DNA of 32,000 bases from Puniceicoccales bacterium (GCA_031288595.1 JAITRB010000016.1:1-32000), one strand, 5' to 3'. Counted from the first letter of the stretch, positions 1 through 9,108 are shown. The notes: a model not told the origin generated them from the letters alone. Numbers and translations: made by a program.

Positions 1-1
1 A

Positions 2-811
2 CCGGAAATTGAAGCCACGGCCGATTACAGCGCACTGTCGGAGCAGGAATGTATCTTTTTTGCCTGCCCGTCTAAGGTACTGCCAGAGGTCTGTCAGCGA
101 GTCAGCGCCTGTTCCTTGGGTGTAGAGATCTGTTTCATCTCCCTGTGCAAGGGCCTGCAAGCCGATCGTTTGGCACTGCCCTCCGATGTCTTTCGCTCCT
201 TTAATTTTCCGAATCCCTTTGCCGTCATATCCGGCCCGACCCATGCCCGGGATGTGGCCCTCGGTCATCCGACAGCGGTGGTGGTAGCGGCAGAATCGGA
301 GGACATAGCCCGCCATCTCCAGCGGGAGCTGCGCTGGCCGACGGTGCGCCTTTACCGCTCGCAGGATGTGCGGGGAGTGGAACTGGCCGGTTGTCTGAAA
401 AATGTCTACGCCATCGGCGCCGGGATGAACGACGGTCTGGGCTATGGCGAGAATGGGAAATGTTCCTATCTCAGCTGTGTCCTGCAGGAGATGACGGTAG
501 TTGGCCAGGCTTTGGGCGGAAGGAAAAAGACCTTTTCCGGCTTCAGCGGTCTGGGGGATCTCATGGCGACTTGCGGAGGAAGCTGGAGCCGCAATCGGCA
601 GTTCGGGGAGGACTGGGTGAAGAACCAGCGTCCGCCAGGCGGTGCGATAACCGTCGAGGGCTATGCGGCGACGCAATCCTTCTACCTGCTCTGCCAGCAG
701 AAGCAGATTCAGGCCCCCATTCTGGAGAGCATTTACGAGGTTCTCTACAAAAAGCTTCCGGTTCTGACAGCTGTAGAGCGGATCCTCTCTCGCCGCTCCT
801 CACAGGAGTAG
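2..811 (+). CDS. gpsA: NAD(P)H-dependent glycerol-3-phosphate dehydrogenase, C-terminal part (5' end lies upstream of the window)
   Basis: The frame is open from the window start (PEIEATADYSALSEQECIFFACPSKVL...). GpsA-type motifs are present: GPTHARDVALGHPTAVVVA, KNVYAIGAGMNDGLGYGENGK, GLGDLMATCGGSWSRNRQFG. Confidence 0.9.
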   Translation, partial: PEIEATADYSALSEQECIFFACPSKVLPEVCQRVSACSLGVEICFISLCKGLQADRLALPSDVFRSFNFPNPFAVISGPTHARDVALGHPTAVVVAAESEDIARHLQRELRWPTVRLYRSQDVRGVELAGCLKNVYAIGAGMNDGLGYGENGKCSYLSCVLQEMTVVGQALGGRKKTFSGFSGLGDLMATCGGSWSRNRQFGEDWVKNQRPPGGAITVEGYAATQSFYLLCQQKQIQAPILESIYEVLYKKLPVLTAVERILSRRSSQE

Positions 812-916
812 TGAAGCCAAAAATGTCGGAATTTTGGGTGATCTAAGGTGGCTTGGTTTCTCCGGTGTGAGCTCCATCGAGGTATAGCCGATCGGAGCCG
901 AGGTTTTGTTTCGGCC

Positions 917-1003
917 TTCGCCGTCTTTGCAAGCCACAAACCGAAGGTTTGTGGCTTGGTGCCCGCGGAGCGGGCGATTCCTTTGGAATCCAAAGACGGC
1001 GAA
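917..1003. repeat. Closed multi-hairpin palindromic intergenic element, copy 1 (subfamily A)
   Basis: Outer stem 917-928 TTCGCCGTCTTT pairs with 992-1003 AAAGACGGCGAA (12 bp, perfect). Inner hairpin 1: 930-942/946-958, 13 bp, loop GAA. Inner hairpin 2: 961-966/970-975, GCCCGC-GGA-GCGGGC. Inner hairpin 3: 976-981/985-990, GATTCC-TTT-GGAATC. Confidence 0.85.
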
Positions 1004-1095
1004 TAGAACAGAGGCAGCAGAATGCGAAAATTCTCCCAGGGGCCATCGACTGAATTTCCCCTTCCTCTGCTCTTGTGTTTCGCCAAACGCTATGA

Positions 1096-1548
1096 ATGAT
1101 GAGCTTGCGCATGAAACTTCCAGTGCTAGCTGTGCTTTTTCTCTCGCCGCTATCGTTGGCAGCGACCCAGAACTTTCTGTCGCTACAGGCCCCTATTCAG
1201 AAAATTTTCCTGCCCCTGTTCGGCTTGGATGGCCGTAGGCAGTGGGAAGTCGAGGGGAAAGAGGCCAGGATGAACAGCCTCGACCGCATAGAGATTAAGG
1301 ACATGAAGATGCGCCTGTTCCTCCAAAACAAGGCGGAGACCTGGCAGGTGGAGAGCCCCTCGGCCTATGTCTTTCCCCGAAGTGCCGTGGTGGAGGGACG
1401 GGAATGGCTCTCTGTGCAGGGGCGCGGGTTCTATGCCTGGGGCTGCGATTGGCAGTGGTTCGGCAAAAATCGCCACCTGCGGATCCATCAACAGGTGGAA
1501 GTTCATTTTGTCGATGCCTCCACTTCCCCGGATTCGGAGCAGCCATGA
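1096..1548 (+). CDS. Secreted/periplasmic LptC-like protein (candidate LPS export component)
   Basis: N-terminal signal-like segment MKLPVLAVLFLSPLSLAA. Small beta-rich protein located directly upstream of lptA-like and lptB. Its stop overlaps the next start (ATGA at 1545-1548). The true start may be the ATG at 1111. Assignment rests mainly on synteny. Confidence 0.5.
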   Translation: MMSLRMKLPVLAVLFLSPLSLAATQNFLSLQAPIQKIFLPLFGLDGRRQWEVEGKEARMNSLDRIEIKDMKMRLFLQNKAETWQVESPSAYVFPRSAVVEGREWLSVQGRGFYAWGCDWQWFGKNRHLRIHQQVEVHFVDASTSPDSEQP

Positions 1549-2372
1549 TTGCCCTTAGCGGTCTCCTCCTTTTCGCCAGTTGCCGCATGAGCTTTGCGGC
1601 CAAGACCCTTCCGGCAACGGGAGCAGCAGGGGCATCAGTGGGAAACCCTTCGGGGACTGTCATCCGCAGCGATGCGATGGAGATGCGATCACCGGAAGGG
1701 GGCGATACGGTCTTTCGGTTCACGGGCGATGTTCAGGTGGAGTCCGAAAACTTTCAGGCGAGCGCTCAAGCACTCACCGCCCATCTGTCCGGCAACCCCA
1801 TTGAGGAAAATTCTCGGGAAAGGGAGGGTGCAGCAAGTCCCCACCTGACCCAGCTTCTTGCCGAAGGAGAGGTGCGGATTCAGGTTCACCAGGAAGAAGG
1901 CGAGCGCCTCGGTTCAGCCGATAGGGTCGAGATCGACCCACCCAACGACCTCTTCGTGCTCTCGGGCCATGCCCAGATTCAGCAGGAGGGGAAAGGCACC
2001 GTAGCCGGAGGGCGCATCGTCCTCGATCGCGGGCACAACTCCCTGAGCATCGAGGGCGATTTGCCGGAAGGAGAGGGCTCCCCAGCGTCTCGTCCTCGCC
2101 TAAGGCTTGAGCCCTCGGCCATTCCTGAGGCTGTTCGGGTCGGAGCGGAGGCCGAGATCCCCGCTGTGGTGACCGGAGGGGAGGCTTCCGGCTCGGCCTC
2201 TCCACCGGGCAGGGAGGAATCCATCGGGCCGGTGGCAGCCTTGCCCAAAGAAAATTGTCCGGAAGAGGAAAGGGATGGGGAGAGAGCTTCTTCTTCAAGG
2301 GGAACATCCCTAGGATCCCGCCCTTCGGCATCTGAAGGGCCGTCAGCCCCATCCGCTGCCAACGTGCCATGA
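1545..2372 (+). CDS. lptA: LptA/OstA-like periplasmic protein with a Pro/Ser/Glu-rich C-terminal tail
   Basis: The internal ATG at 1545 follows the hydrophobic leader MIALSGLLLFASC. OstA-N-like repeated pattern: IRSDAMEM...FRFTGDVQVESENFQASAQALTAHL...AEGEVRIQV...ADRVEIDPPNDLFVLSGHAQIQQEGKGTVAGGRIVLDR. ATGA overlaps occur with both neighbours. The track ORF start at 1404 is rejected because it overlaps the previous gene. Confidence 0.6.
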   Translation: MIALSGLLLFASCRMSFAAKTLPATGAAGASVGNPSGTVIRSDAMEMRSPEGGDTVFRFTGDVQVESENFQASAQALTAHLSGNPIEENSREREGAASPHLTQLLAEGEVRIQVHQEEGERLGSADRVEIDPPNDLFVLSGHAQIQQEGKGTVAGGRIVLDRGHNSLSIEGDLPEGEGSPASRPRLRLEPSAIPEAVRVGAEAEIPAVVTGGEASGSASPPGREESIGPVAALPKENCPEEERDGERASSSRGTSLGSRPSASEGPSAPSAANVP

Positions 2373-3112
2373 ATCGGGAAGAGGGGGCAGCAGGCGAGCT
2401 GAAGGCCGTGGGCCTTGCCAAGAGCTATGGGCGGCGGGAGGTGTTGCGGGGCGTCAACATCGAGTTGCGCTCCGGTGAAATCGTGGGACTGCTGGGCCCG
2501 AATGGGGCCGGCAAGACGAGCTCCTTCCACATCATCGTCGGGCTGCTCCGGCCGACGCGGGGCGAGGTCTTCCTCAACGGGATTCGCGTGACCTTTATGC
2601 CCATGTACCGCCGTGCACGGCGTGGCATCGGTTACCTTCCGCAGGAGCCCTCCATCTTCCGCCGGCTCAGCGTTGAGGACAATCTGCGTGCCGTTGCGGA
2701 GCATCTCTCGCTCACGAAGGCAGAGCAGCGGGCACGCGTCGATGCCCTGCTTGAAGACCTGGGCCTGACGGCGCTGCGGAAGCAGGAGGCCATCACCCTG
2801 AGCGGAGGTGAGCGGCGGCGTCTGGAAATCGCCCGTTCCCTCGTCCCACAACCGCGCTTCATCCTCATGGATGAGCCCTTTAGCGGTGTCGATCCGATCA
2901 ATGTCGCCGACCTGCAGCGGATGATCCTCGCCCTTCGGGAGCGCTCCATCGGCATCTTGATCACCGACCATAATGTGCGCGAGACCCTGAGTATCGTCGA
3001 CAGGGCCTATCTCATCCACGACGGCCGCGTTCTCTGCCGCGGCGACCGGCAGATGCTCCTGAATGATCCCCAGAGCCGGGAATTCTACCTCGGAGAGAAT
3101 TTTAGCCTTTAG
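2369..3112 (+). CDS. lptB: LPS export ABC transporter ATP-binding protein
   Basis: Walker A GPNGAGKTS, ABC signature LSGGERRRLEIARSL, Walker B FILMDEPFSGVDP, H-loop ITDHNVRETL. Length of 247 aa and position after lptA-like fit LptB. Confidence 0.9.
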   Translation: MNREEGAAGELKAVGLAKSYGRREVLRGVNIELRSGEIVGLLGPNGAGKTSSFHIIVGLLRPTRGEVFLNGIRVTFMPMYRRARRGIGYLPQEPSIFRRLSVEDNLRAVAEHLSLTKAEQRARVDALLEDLGLTALRKQEAITLSGGERRRLEIARSLVPQPRFILMDEPFSGVDPINVADLQRMILALRERSIGILITDHNVRETLSIVDRAYLIHDGRVLCRGDRQMLLNDPQSREFYLGENFSL

Positions 3113-3115
3113 CCC

Positions 3116-4255
3116 ATGTCCCTGCATCCAAATTCCGTTCTCGAACGCCTTCCCTCGCTGAAGCTCGTCGTCATCGACATCCGTATTCTCTGTGACACGG
3201 AGCATCCCCTGTCCCTCGGGCCTGCGATAACCCGCAGGGAGGAATTCATCTATATTCCGGACAGAGATGCCGATGAGGACACGATGGCCCTGAACTTTCG
3301 GACCGGTGACGGTTTCACCGTTCGGCATCTCTTTCAGGACATCCTGCGGCTGCCGGTGCTCGTCCTTTCAGCCGGTGCAGGGGATGAGGCGATTTATCGC
3401 CGGCGCTGTGACGCCATGCGCGTGGCAGAACTGTTCTGCGGCGTTGTGGATAAAAATGCCTTTCTCCAAAAATATGTCCAGGTGCACGATCTCGCGCTGC
3501 AGGAGATATTGCTCTTCGATAAAAATCTCTCTCCGGCCAATCCGGTGGATTATCAGTTGGCCGCTTCCGTCGGACTTTTGGTCGGCCCTCCGGAGTTCGC
3601 CTCAAGTCCACGGGTTCCCCACGTAGCCATTGCACCGGAACTCCACGGCTATATTCGGGGATTCAGCAGCCGCTACCTCGAATCGACGGGCCCCATTCTG
3701 AACTACTACGAGCAGACCCGGGAAGGCAAGACCCCACTGCCTCCCGAGCTTCTCTCCGGTCCCAGGTCGATTCGGGCACTCGTGCTGGACATCGACGGCA
3801 GCTGCACCGATGGGTGCCGGATTTTTTCCCAGGATGGCCGCGAGTGGAAGCGATTTGGGCAAAAGGACCTTCAGGCCCTGCGCCATTGGGTCGCTGCGGG
3901 GAAAATCCTATGCTTCCTTACCGGTGAGAGCAATCCGGTCGTCGTCCGCTGGGCCGAGGCCTGTGGGGTGGACTCTGAAAGGAATCTTGTCCAGGGGGCC
4001 TCCCACCAAAAGGTTCAACACCTGCAGCGCCTGGCAACGCAGTTCCAGCTGAAGCTCGGCGAAATCGCCTACATGGGCGACGATACGAATGACCTAGGCG
4101 TTCTAGAGCTCATCTCCGAGCAGAACGGTTTCGCCGCCTGTCCCCAAAATGCCGTTCCTCAGATCCTCCATATCCCCGGCATTCATCTCATGCCTTCCTA
4201 TGGCGGGAGCGGTGCCTGCGCCGATGTGGTGGCCGCTATAGCCGGGCGCACCTAG
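3116..4255 (+). CDS. Two-domain HAD protein: C-terminal KdsC-like Kdo-8-phosphate phosphatase domain preceded by a degenerate KdsC-like domain
   Basis: The C-terminal half has HAD motifs: ALVLDIDGSCTDG (DxD), FLTGES, and YMGDDTNDLGVLE with GFAACPQNA, collinear with KdsC. The N-terminal half is collinear with the same fold but has lost the catalytic residues (VVIDIRILCD, LFDKNLS). Confidence 0.7.
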   Translation: MSLHPNSVLERLPSLKLVVIDIRILCDTEHPLSLGPAITRREEFIYIPDRDADEDTMALNFRTGDGFTVRHLFQDILRLPVLVLSAGAGDEAIYRRRCDAMRVAELFCGVVDKNAFLQKYVQVHDLALQEILLFDKNLSPANPVDYQLAASVGLLVGPPEFASSPRVPHVAIAPELHGYIRGFSSRYLESTGPILNYYEQTREGKTPLPPELLSGPRSIRALVLDIDGSCTDGCRIFSQDGREWKRFGQKDLQALRHWVAAGKILCFLTGESNPVVVRWAEACGVDSERNLVQGASHQKVQHLQRLATQFQLKLGEIAYMGDDTNDLGVLELISEQNGFAACPQNAVPQILHIPGIHLMPSYGGSGACADVVAAIAGRT

Positions 4256-4364
4256 GGCGAAATAAAATATGGAATTGTTCTTAGATTTCTAAGTGCAAGA
4301 AGTGTCATTTCAGCGAAGATGGGATAAGCCATAAAAGTGACTTTCCCTCAAGGGCAATTTCCTT

Positions 4365-6116
4365 ATGAGCTATTATTTTTCCAGGTTGGAATCCAGATTA
4401 TCAGGTTTAAAGAAGAAATACAGCTCTCGTGAACTAAAGGTAGCGCGCAAGCTGCTGACCTGGACATTTTGGGAGTTCTTCAGGACGCTGCTCAGGCGAT
4501 CGTCACCTGTCGCACGCCCATTGAGTATAGAGCGGCAAGAAGATCATAGCCGGCGAGGGGACGATGAGTTGAAGATAGCCATTGCCGTCTCCGGTGGGGT
4601 CGGCGATATCCTCATGTATGGACTGGCCGTGAAGGAGATATCGAAGCACATTCGCTGCGAGCATTCGATAGACATATATGTGGATGGAGAAGATAAAAAG
4701 GCCGTGTTGGATTTTGTCTTCCGAGCGTTCCCTTTCATACATCGGTGTATGTGGGAGGGTGACCCTAAAGGCCCAAAGTTTTTGAACCATGCGCTTTCGG
4801 CGGAAGAATCGTTGTATGATGTGCAGATGAGGATGGATAGATGTACGGCTGTCATGTATTGCGATTATGGACGCGTTGATGAGAGATCTCCATGGCTGCG
4901 TCATTTTTGTAAGGAAAATGAATTGTTTTATGTGAAATATCGCAAATTTTTTGAGAATGCGCCCCTTCACCATTCGATGGTGGATCAATGGTCGATTCTC
5001 AAGAAGAAAAAGCGGATACAACAACCGGATCAGTGTCAGATCTTGGGAATTGATGATTTCAGCTGTACATTCCTAAACCTGGAACCAGCTCCTATGAAGA
5101 TCCTCTCTGAGCTAAGATTGCAGGACAGGCCCTACATAACACTTCAACGAGGGCTGGGGCGTTGCGATAGCTTGCGCGATAGTACGAGGCTCTGGCCGAT
5201 ACGCTTTTATGAAAAGTTCATCGAGTTGTTTCACGAAAAATACCCAGATATAAAGATCCTTCAACTGGGGTATTCCTCCAGTACCTGCGCATCGCTTCCA
5301 GGAATCGATATCGATCTCATCGGGAAAACTTCACTGGAGGAAGTGGCCATCCTATTGAAGCATTCCCTGTTTCACCTCGATGGGGATGCCGGGATGGTGC
5401 ATATGAAAAGATTTCTCAATGGTCGATCGATTGTCCTTTTCGGGACGACGCCGACTGAAATGCTGGGGTATCCGGGAAACGTTAATATCACCGGCAATGG
5501 GTGCCATAGCTGGTGCGAGTGGGTATCCAATGACTGGAATAAAACCTGCTTGCGTGGCTTTGCCGAAGCTCCCTGCATGGCCTCCATCACGCCGGAAATG
5601 GTCATGAACGCCGCCGACGGCCTGTTGCGGGAACGTGAGAATTACTCCTATGCCCTTGAAGAAGAGGGCATTGGGGAAGATATTGTCGCCCACATCCTCC
5701 AGTACTGCCGGGATCCAAACGCCAAAATTGTCGATATTTTCAACCGGAAGGGTTTGGAACTCGCCCGGATATTGCGGAAAATTTTTGCCGATGTCACCGT
5801 CTTTGACCTGAACTTTCAGTTCGATTCCTTCGCGAAGGCCGAGGCGGCAGGACTGAGGCTGGAGTGCGGCTGCCTCTACAACATCGCCCTGCCGGATGAT
5901 TCCAGCGATGGGGTGATCTGGCAGAACGGCGATCCCTCGGTAGCGCAGCTCCGTTATGTCTTGAAGGAACTGTTTCGAATCCTGAAACCGGACGGATTCC
6001 TATTCGTCTCCGGTGTGAGCTTCCAGCCGGAAGATCTTTTGCCCTTTGGCATCGAGGTGGGCGAAGGAAAGTTCTCTCCGGAGGGCACGAGCGTTTTTAG
6101 GAAAAGGCTGGGATGA
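4365..6116 (+). CDS. Glycosyltransferase family 9 (heptosyltransferase-like) fused to a C-terminal class I methyltransferase-like domain
   Basis: GT9-like N-terminus LKIAIAVSGGVGDILMYGLAV. GT9-like C-lobe RLWPIRFYEKFIELF...KILQLG...LIGKTSLEEVAILLKHSLFHLDGDAGMVHMKRFLNGRSIVLFGTTP. The C-terminal about 150 aa end with the methyltransferase-type LKELFRILKPDGFLFVSG, but the SAM-binding glycine motif is degenerate. The gene is visibly more AT-rich than its neighbours. Confidence 0.6.
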   Translation: MSYYFSRLESRLSGLKKKYSSRELKVARKLLTWTFWEFFRTLLRRSSPVARPLSIERQEDHSRRGDDELKIAIAVSGGVGDILMYGLAVKEISKHIRCEHSIDIYVDGEDKKAVLDFVFRAFPFIHRCMWEGDPKGPKFLNHALSAEESLYDVQMRMDRCTAVMYCDYGRVDERSPWLRHFCKENELFYVKYRKFFENAPLHHSMVDQWSILKKKKRIQQPDQCQILGIDDFSCTFLNLEPAPMKILSELRLQDRPYITLQRGLGRCDSLRDSTRLWPIRFYEKFIELFHEKYPDIKILQLGYSSSTCASLPGIDIDLIGKTSLEEVAILLKHSLFHLDGDAGMVHMKRFLNGRSIVLFGTTPTEMLGYPGNVNITGNGCHSWCEWVSNDWNKTCLRGFAEAPCMASITPEMVMNAADGLLRERENYSYALEEEGIGEDIVAHILQYCRDPNAKIVDIFNRKGLELARILRKIFADVTVFDLNFQFDSFAKAEAAGLRLECGCLYNIALPDDSSDGVIWQNGDPSVAQLRYVLKELFRILKPDGFLFVSGVSFQPEDLLPFGIEVGEGKFSPEGTSVFRKRLG

Positions 6117-6150
6117 GGCTCAAAATCTGAGGCTTGTATTCCAAGAGAAC

Positions 6151-6226
<76 letters not shown>

Positions 6227-6323
6227 AGGAAAGAGCGTCGAGGGAGGCGAATGCCCTGGGGAAGTCAATGCTTTTACGGCGGAGGGGGATTGGGCGTATA
6301 GGGCCTAGCTTGGCTTGTTTTTC

Positions 6324-6418
6324 GGGGCTGGCTTTCGATTCCGGAGGAATCGGGCCCGCGAAGCGGGCCGCCCGGAGGGAAATGCCTCCGGCATTTCCTC
6401 CCGGGCAAAGCCAGCCCC
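6324..6418. repeat. Closed multi-hairpin palindromic intergenic element, copy 2 (subfamily A)
   Basis: Outer stem 6324-6335 GGGGCTGGCTTT pairs with 6407-6418 AAAGCCAGCCCC (12 bp, perfect). Hairpin 1: 6336-6342/6346-6352, CGATTCC-GGA-GGAATCG. Hairpin 2: 6353-6359/6363-6369, GGCCCGC-GAA-GCGGGCC. Hairpin 3: 6371-6386/6390-6405, 16 positions with one A-C mismatch and one G-T, loop TCC. Confidence 0.85.
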
Positions 6419-6689
6419 ACACCAAAAACCCAGCCTCCGAACTGAGCCTTCACCGATCGGTCCCTTTCGTGTCGATCGGTCCCCGTCTATCGACCGTCAT
6501 CCGGTGCGCTGAAGCATACCCTACATGCTCTAAGGGAGGGATGACTGCGATAGCTGCGGTGAGAGGAAGCAGAGCTGGTCAAAGTGTGAAATCCCCGGCT
6601 TTTCTTTCCCCGATATTTTCCCTTGAAAGCCACCGGGGATCGACTGAATCGGAAGCGGAGCAATCGCTAAAGAACCGGTCAGAAGAGCC

Positions 6690-8192
6690 ATGTCGCATTA
6701 CGAGGCCAGTATGGAGGAGATCATCCAGCTCTGCCGGCGGCGAGGGTTTCTCTTCCCGTCATCCGAAATCTACGGCGGCCTGGCCGGCTTCTTCGACTAC
6801 GGGCCACTGGGCTCCCAGATGCGGAAGAACATCAAAGATCTCTGGTGGTGTTCCATGACGCAGCTGCGCCCGGACATCGTCGGCATCGATACGGCCATCA
6901 TCCTGCATCCGCAGGTTTGGAAGAGCTCTGGCCATGTGGATGGGTTTTCGGATCCGATGGTGGATTGCCGGAGCTCGAAGATGCGCTACCGGGCCGACCA
7001 GCTCTTCTTCGCCCGGATTAGGGTCGATGGCGAGCAGATCGGCTACATCTCGGTGTTGGAAGAGAAGGACATGCAGGCCCGGGCGGAGGAGGAGGCCAAG
7101 AAACTGAAGCGCCGGCTTGCCAAACAGGGGGAATTGGAAGCTATTCGGCTCATTCCCTACAGCGAAGCCCGTGGAGAGGAATACGCGCTGATCCCCTCGC
7201 CGGCGACCGGAGAGCCGGGGAGCCTCACGGCCCCACGGGCCTTTAATCTCATGTTCCAGACCCGGGTCGGGGCATTGGAAGACACGAGTTCCGTCGCCTA
7301 TCTCCGACCGGAAACGGCCCAAGGGATCTTCATCAACTTCAAAAATGTCCTGGATTCGACGCGGCTCAGGCTCCCCTTCGGCGTCGCCCAGATCGGACGT
7401 TCCTTTCGCAACGAGATCACGCCGAGGAACTTCTGCTTTCGCTCGCGGGAGTTCGAGCAGATGGAGTTGGAATTCTTCATCGATGACTCGGAGGAGTCCT
7501 GGAAGCACTGGCATGCATACTGGATCGAGGAGCGCCTGCGCTGGCACCGAGCTTTGGGGATCCGTCCGGAATTATTGGACACTGAAATCCATCCCAGGGA
7601 AAAGTTGGCTCACTACGCCCGGGCATGTACAGATATCTGCTTCCGCTATCCCTTCGGCATTCAGGAGCTGGAGGGCATTTCCGCCCGGGGAGATTTCGAT
7701 CTCCGGCAGCACCAGAAGGGCAGCCGTGTATCGCTGGAGTATTTCGATGAGGCCACCCACAGGCGCTTCCTGCCGCACGTCATCGAACCGGCCCTCGGGG
7801 TCGACCGGCTCTTCCTGGCCCTGCTCTGCTCGGCCTATGACGAGGACGAGGTGGAGGGGGAGAAACGCCAAGTCCTACGCCTGCATCCGGCCGTCGCACC
7901 CATCAAGGCCGCCGTCTTTCCATTGGTCAAAAATAAACCGGAGCTGGTCGCTATGGCCGAAGGGCTTTTTCAAAGCCTGCGGAGGAAATGGCCGGTGACT
8001 TACGATGCTTCCGGGGCCATCGGGCGCCGCTACCGCCGGATGGACGAGGTCGGGACACCCTTCGGCATCACCGTGGACTTTCGTTCGTTGGAGGACATGA
8101 CTTTCACTCTGCGGGAGCGCGACAGTACTCGCCAGGCCCGTCTCTTGGAGGCCGAGCTCATCGCCACCATCGACGCTAGGCTGGAACTTTAG
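6690..8192 (+). CDS. glyQS: Glycine--tRNA ligase (homodimeric class II type)
   Basis: N-terminus MEEIIQLCRRRGFLFPSSEIYGGLAGFFDYGPLGSQMRKNIKDLWW. Class II motifs FRNEITPRNFCFRSREFEQMELEFF and GVDRLFLALL. A C-terminal anticodon-binding domain is present. The start could be the ATG at 6690 or at 6711. Confidence 0.95.
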   Translation: MSHYEASMEEIIQLCRRRGFLFPSSEIYGGLAGFFDYGPLGSQMRKNIKDLWWCSMTQLRPDIVGIDTAIILHPQVWKSSGHVDGFSDPMVDCRSSKMRYRADQLFFARIRVDGEQIGYISVLEEKDMQARAEEEAKKLKRRLAKQGELEAIRLIPYSEARGEEYALIPSPATGEPGSLTAPRAFNLMFQTRVGALEDTSSVAYLRPETAQGIFINFKNVLDSTRLRLPFGVAQIGRSFRNEITPRNFCFRSREFEQMELEFFIDDSEESWKHWHAYWIEERLRWHRALGIRPELLDTEIHPREKLAHYARACTDICFRYPFGIQELEGISARGDFDLRQHQKGSRVSLEYFDEATHRRFLPHVIEPALGVDRLFLALLCSAYDEDEVEGEKRQVLRLHPAVAPIKAAVFPLVKNKPELVAMAEGLFQSLRRKWPVTYDASGAIGRRYRRMDEVGTPFGITVDFRSLEDMTFTLRERDSTRQARLLEAELIATIDARLEL

Positions 8193-8272
8193 GGCTCATC
8201 CGCTGGCCTCGGGTTAGAGCTGCGCTTGAGGGGCGTTTGGGAAAATTTCGAGTCCCTTGGTCTCCTGATTTG

Positions 8273-8372
8273 TTTCCTGCCGGCTTTACCGGGAAGCCAG
8301 GATGGGAATCCTGGCTTCCCGGAGGCCCGCTGCGCGGGCCCGATGCCGAAGGCATCGAAAGCCGGCAGGAAA
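8273..8372. repeat. Closed multi-hairpin palindromic intergenic element, copy 3 (subfamily A)
   Basis: Outer stem 8273-8287 TTTCCTGCCGGCTTT pairs with 8358-8372 AAAGCCGGCAGGAAA (15 bp, perfect). Hairpin 1: 8289-8303/8308-8322, 15 bp, loop GGGA. Hairpin 2: 8324-8330/8334-8340, GGCCCGC-TGC-GCGGGCC. Hairpin 3: 8341-8347/8351-8357, CGATGCC-GAA-GGCATCG. Confidence 0.85.
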
Positions 8373-8517
8373 GCAGAAAAGACCCCACAGCTCCGGATCT
8401 TCCCCAATATCCTTTCTCCCTCAGTTCCTGAAATGCAGCGCAGGGCCATCTTCCCGAAGTGATTTTCCGTTGACCCAGGGGAAAATTCTTCCTTCCTTCG
8501 CCGCTGAAGACAGGAGC

Positions 8518-9108
8518 ATGAAAGCACCTTACAAGTGCCTGATCACAGGGACCCATGGTTGTGGGAAGTCGACGTTGGCTCACCGCATCTGCTCGGAGCT
8601 GAAACGCCAGGGGTATAACGCCATCGTCATCAGCGAGACGGCTCGTGAAAGCCCATTCCCTATCAATAAGGGCCAGACCTTGGACTCCACGCTTTTCATC
8701 GCGTTGCGCCAGGCGGTCAAGGAGCTGGAAGCCGTGGCTCACGGCTATACCCACCTCGTTCTCGACCGGGGTGTTCTCGACTCCTTCGTCTACTCCGCAG
8801 CGACGCGTTCGGGTCCGATTTCGGCACTCGAAGACTCCCTTCAAAAGGCCTTCGGTTCCTGGTCGCGACAGGAGTATGACCAGGTCATCTTGCTCCGCTG
8901 CGACTCGCGCGAGTCGCTTCAGGATCTTCAGGCAGATGGGGTTCGTGAGACAGACCTGGCCTTCGCGCGGAAGATCGACGAGCTTTTCGAAAATTTCATC
9001 GCCCCCGCCTCTGTTAAGAATTTTTCTTCGCTGAGCTATTCGCAGGCACTGGGCTGCCGCATCTCGGTCGAAGCGGACGGGAAAATTTTTCTAAATCATG
9101 GAAGCTGA
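8518..9108 (+). CDS. P-loop ATPase/kinase of the NadR-C-terminal (AAA_28-like) type
   Basis: ATG at 8518 is preceded by AGGAG (8512-8516). Walker A ITGTHGCGKSTLA, Walker B-like HLVLDRGVLD. Small size (196 aa). The track ORF start at 8302 is rejected because that extension is read through repeat copy 3. Confidence 0.6.
   Translation: MKAPYKCLITGTHGCGKSTLAHRICSELKRQGYNAIVISETARESPFPINKGQTLDSTLFIALRQAVKELEAVAHGYTHLVLDRGVLDSFVYSAATRSGPISALEDSLQKAFGSWSRQEYDQVILLRCDSRESLQDLQADGVRETDLAFARKIDELFENFIAPASVKNFSSLSYSQALGCRISVEADGKIFLNHGS

Noticed and set aside
1979-3328. 449 aa ORF on the minus strand spanning lptA-like, lptB and the kdsC-like start
   Set aside because: It is antisense to lptB, which carries unambiguous Walker A, signature and Walker B motifs. 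The Arg/Gly/Pro/Ala-rich composition is typical of spurious antisense ORFs in GC-rich DNA.
6454-6483. Direct repeat CGATCGGTCCC x2 (6454-6464 and 6473-6483), 19 bp start-to-start, upstream of glyQS
   Set aside because: It is real in the sequence, but it is short and GC-rich and nothing ties it to a function. It is noted only as a possible operator.
6759-7547. 262 aa minus-strand ORF. Similar long antisense ORFs are at 14291-14899(+), 15191-15745(+), 16597-17376(-) and 10278-10820(-).
   Set aside because: All are antisense or out of frame relative to genes with strong family motifs (glyQS, glgA, M3 peptidase, the methyltransferase). They are GC-rich frame artefacts.
8302-8517. N-terminal extension of the P-loop ATPase ORF (track start at 8302)
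   Set aside because: The extension is a translation of palindromic repeat copy 3 (Arg/Pro/Ala-rich). A good ATG with an AGGAG Shine-Dalgarno sequence sits at 8518, right before the Walker A region.
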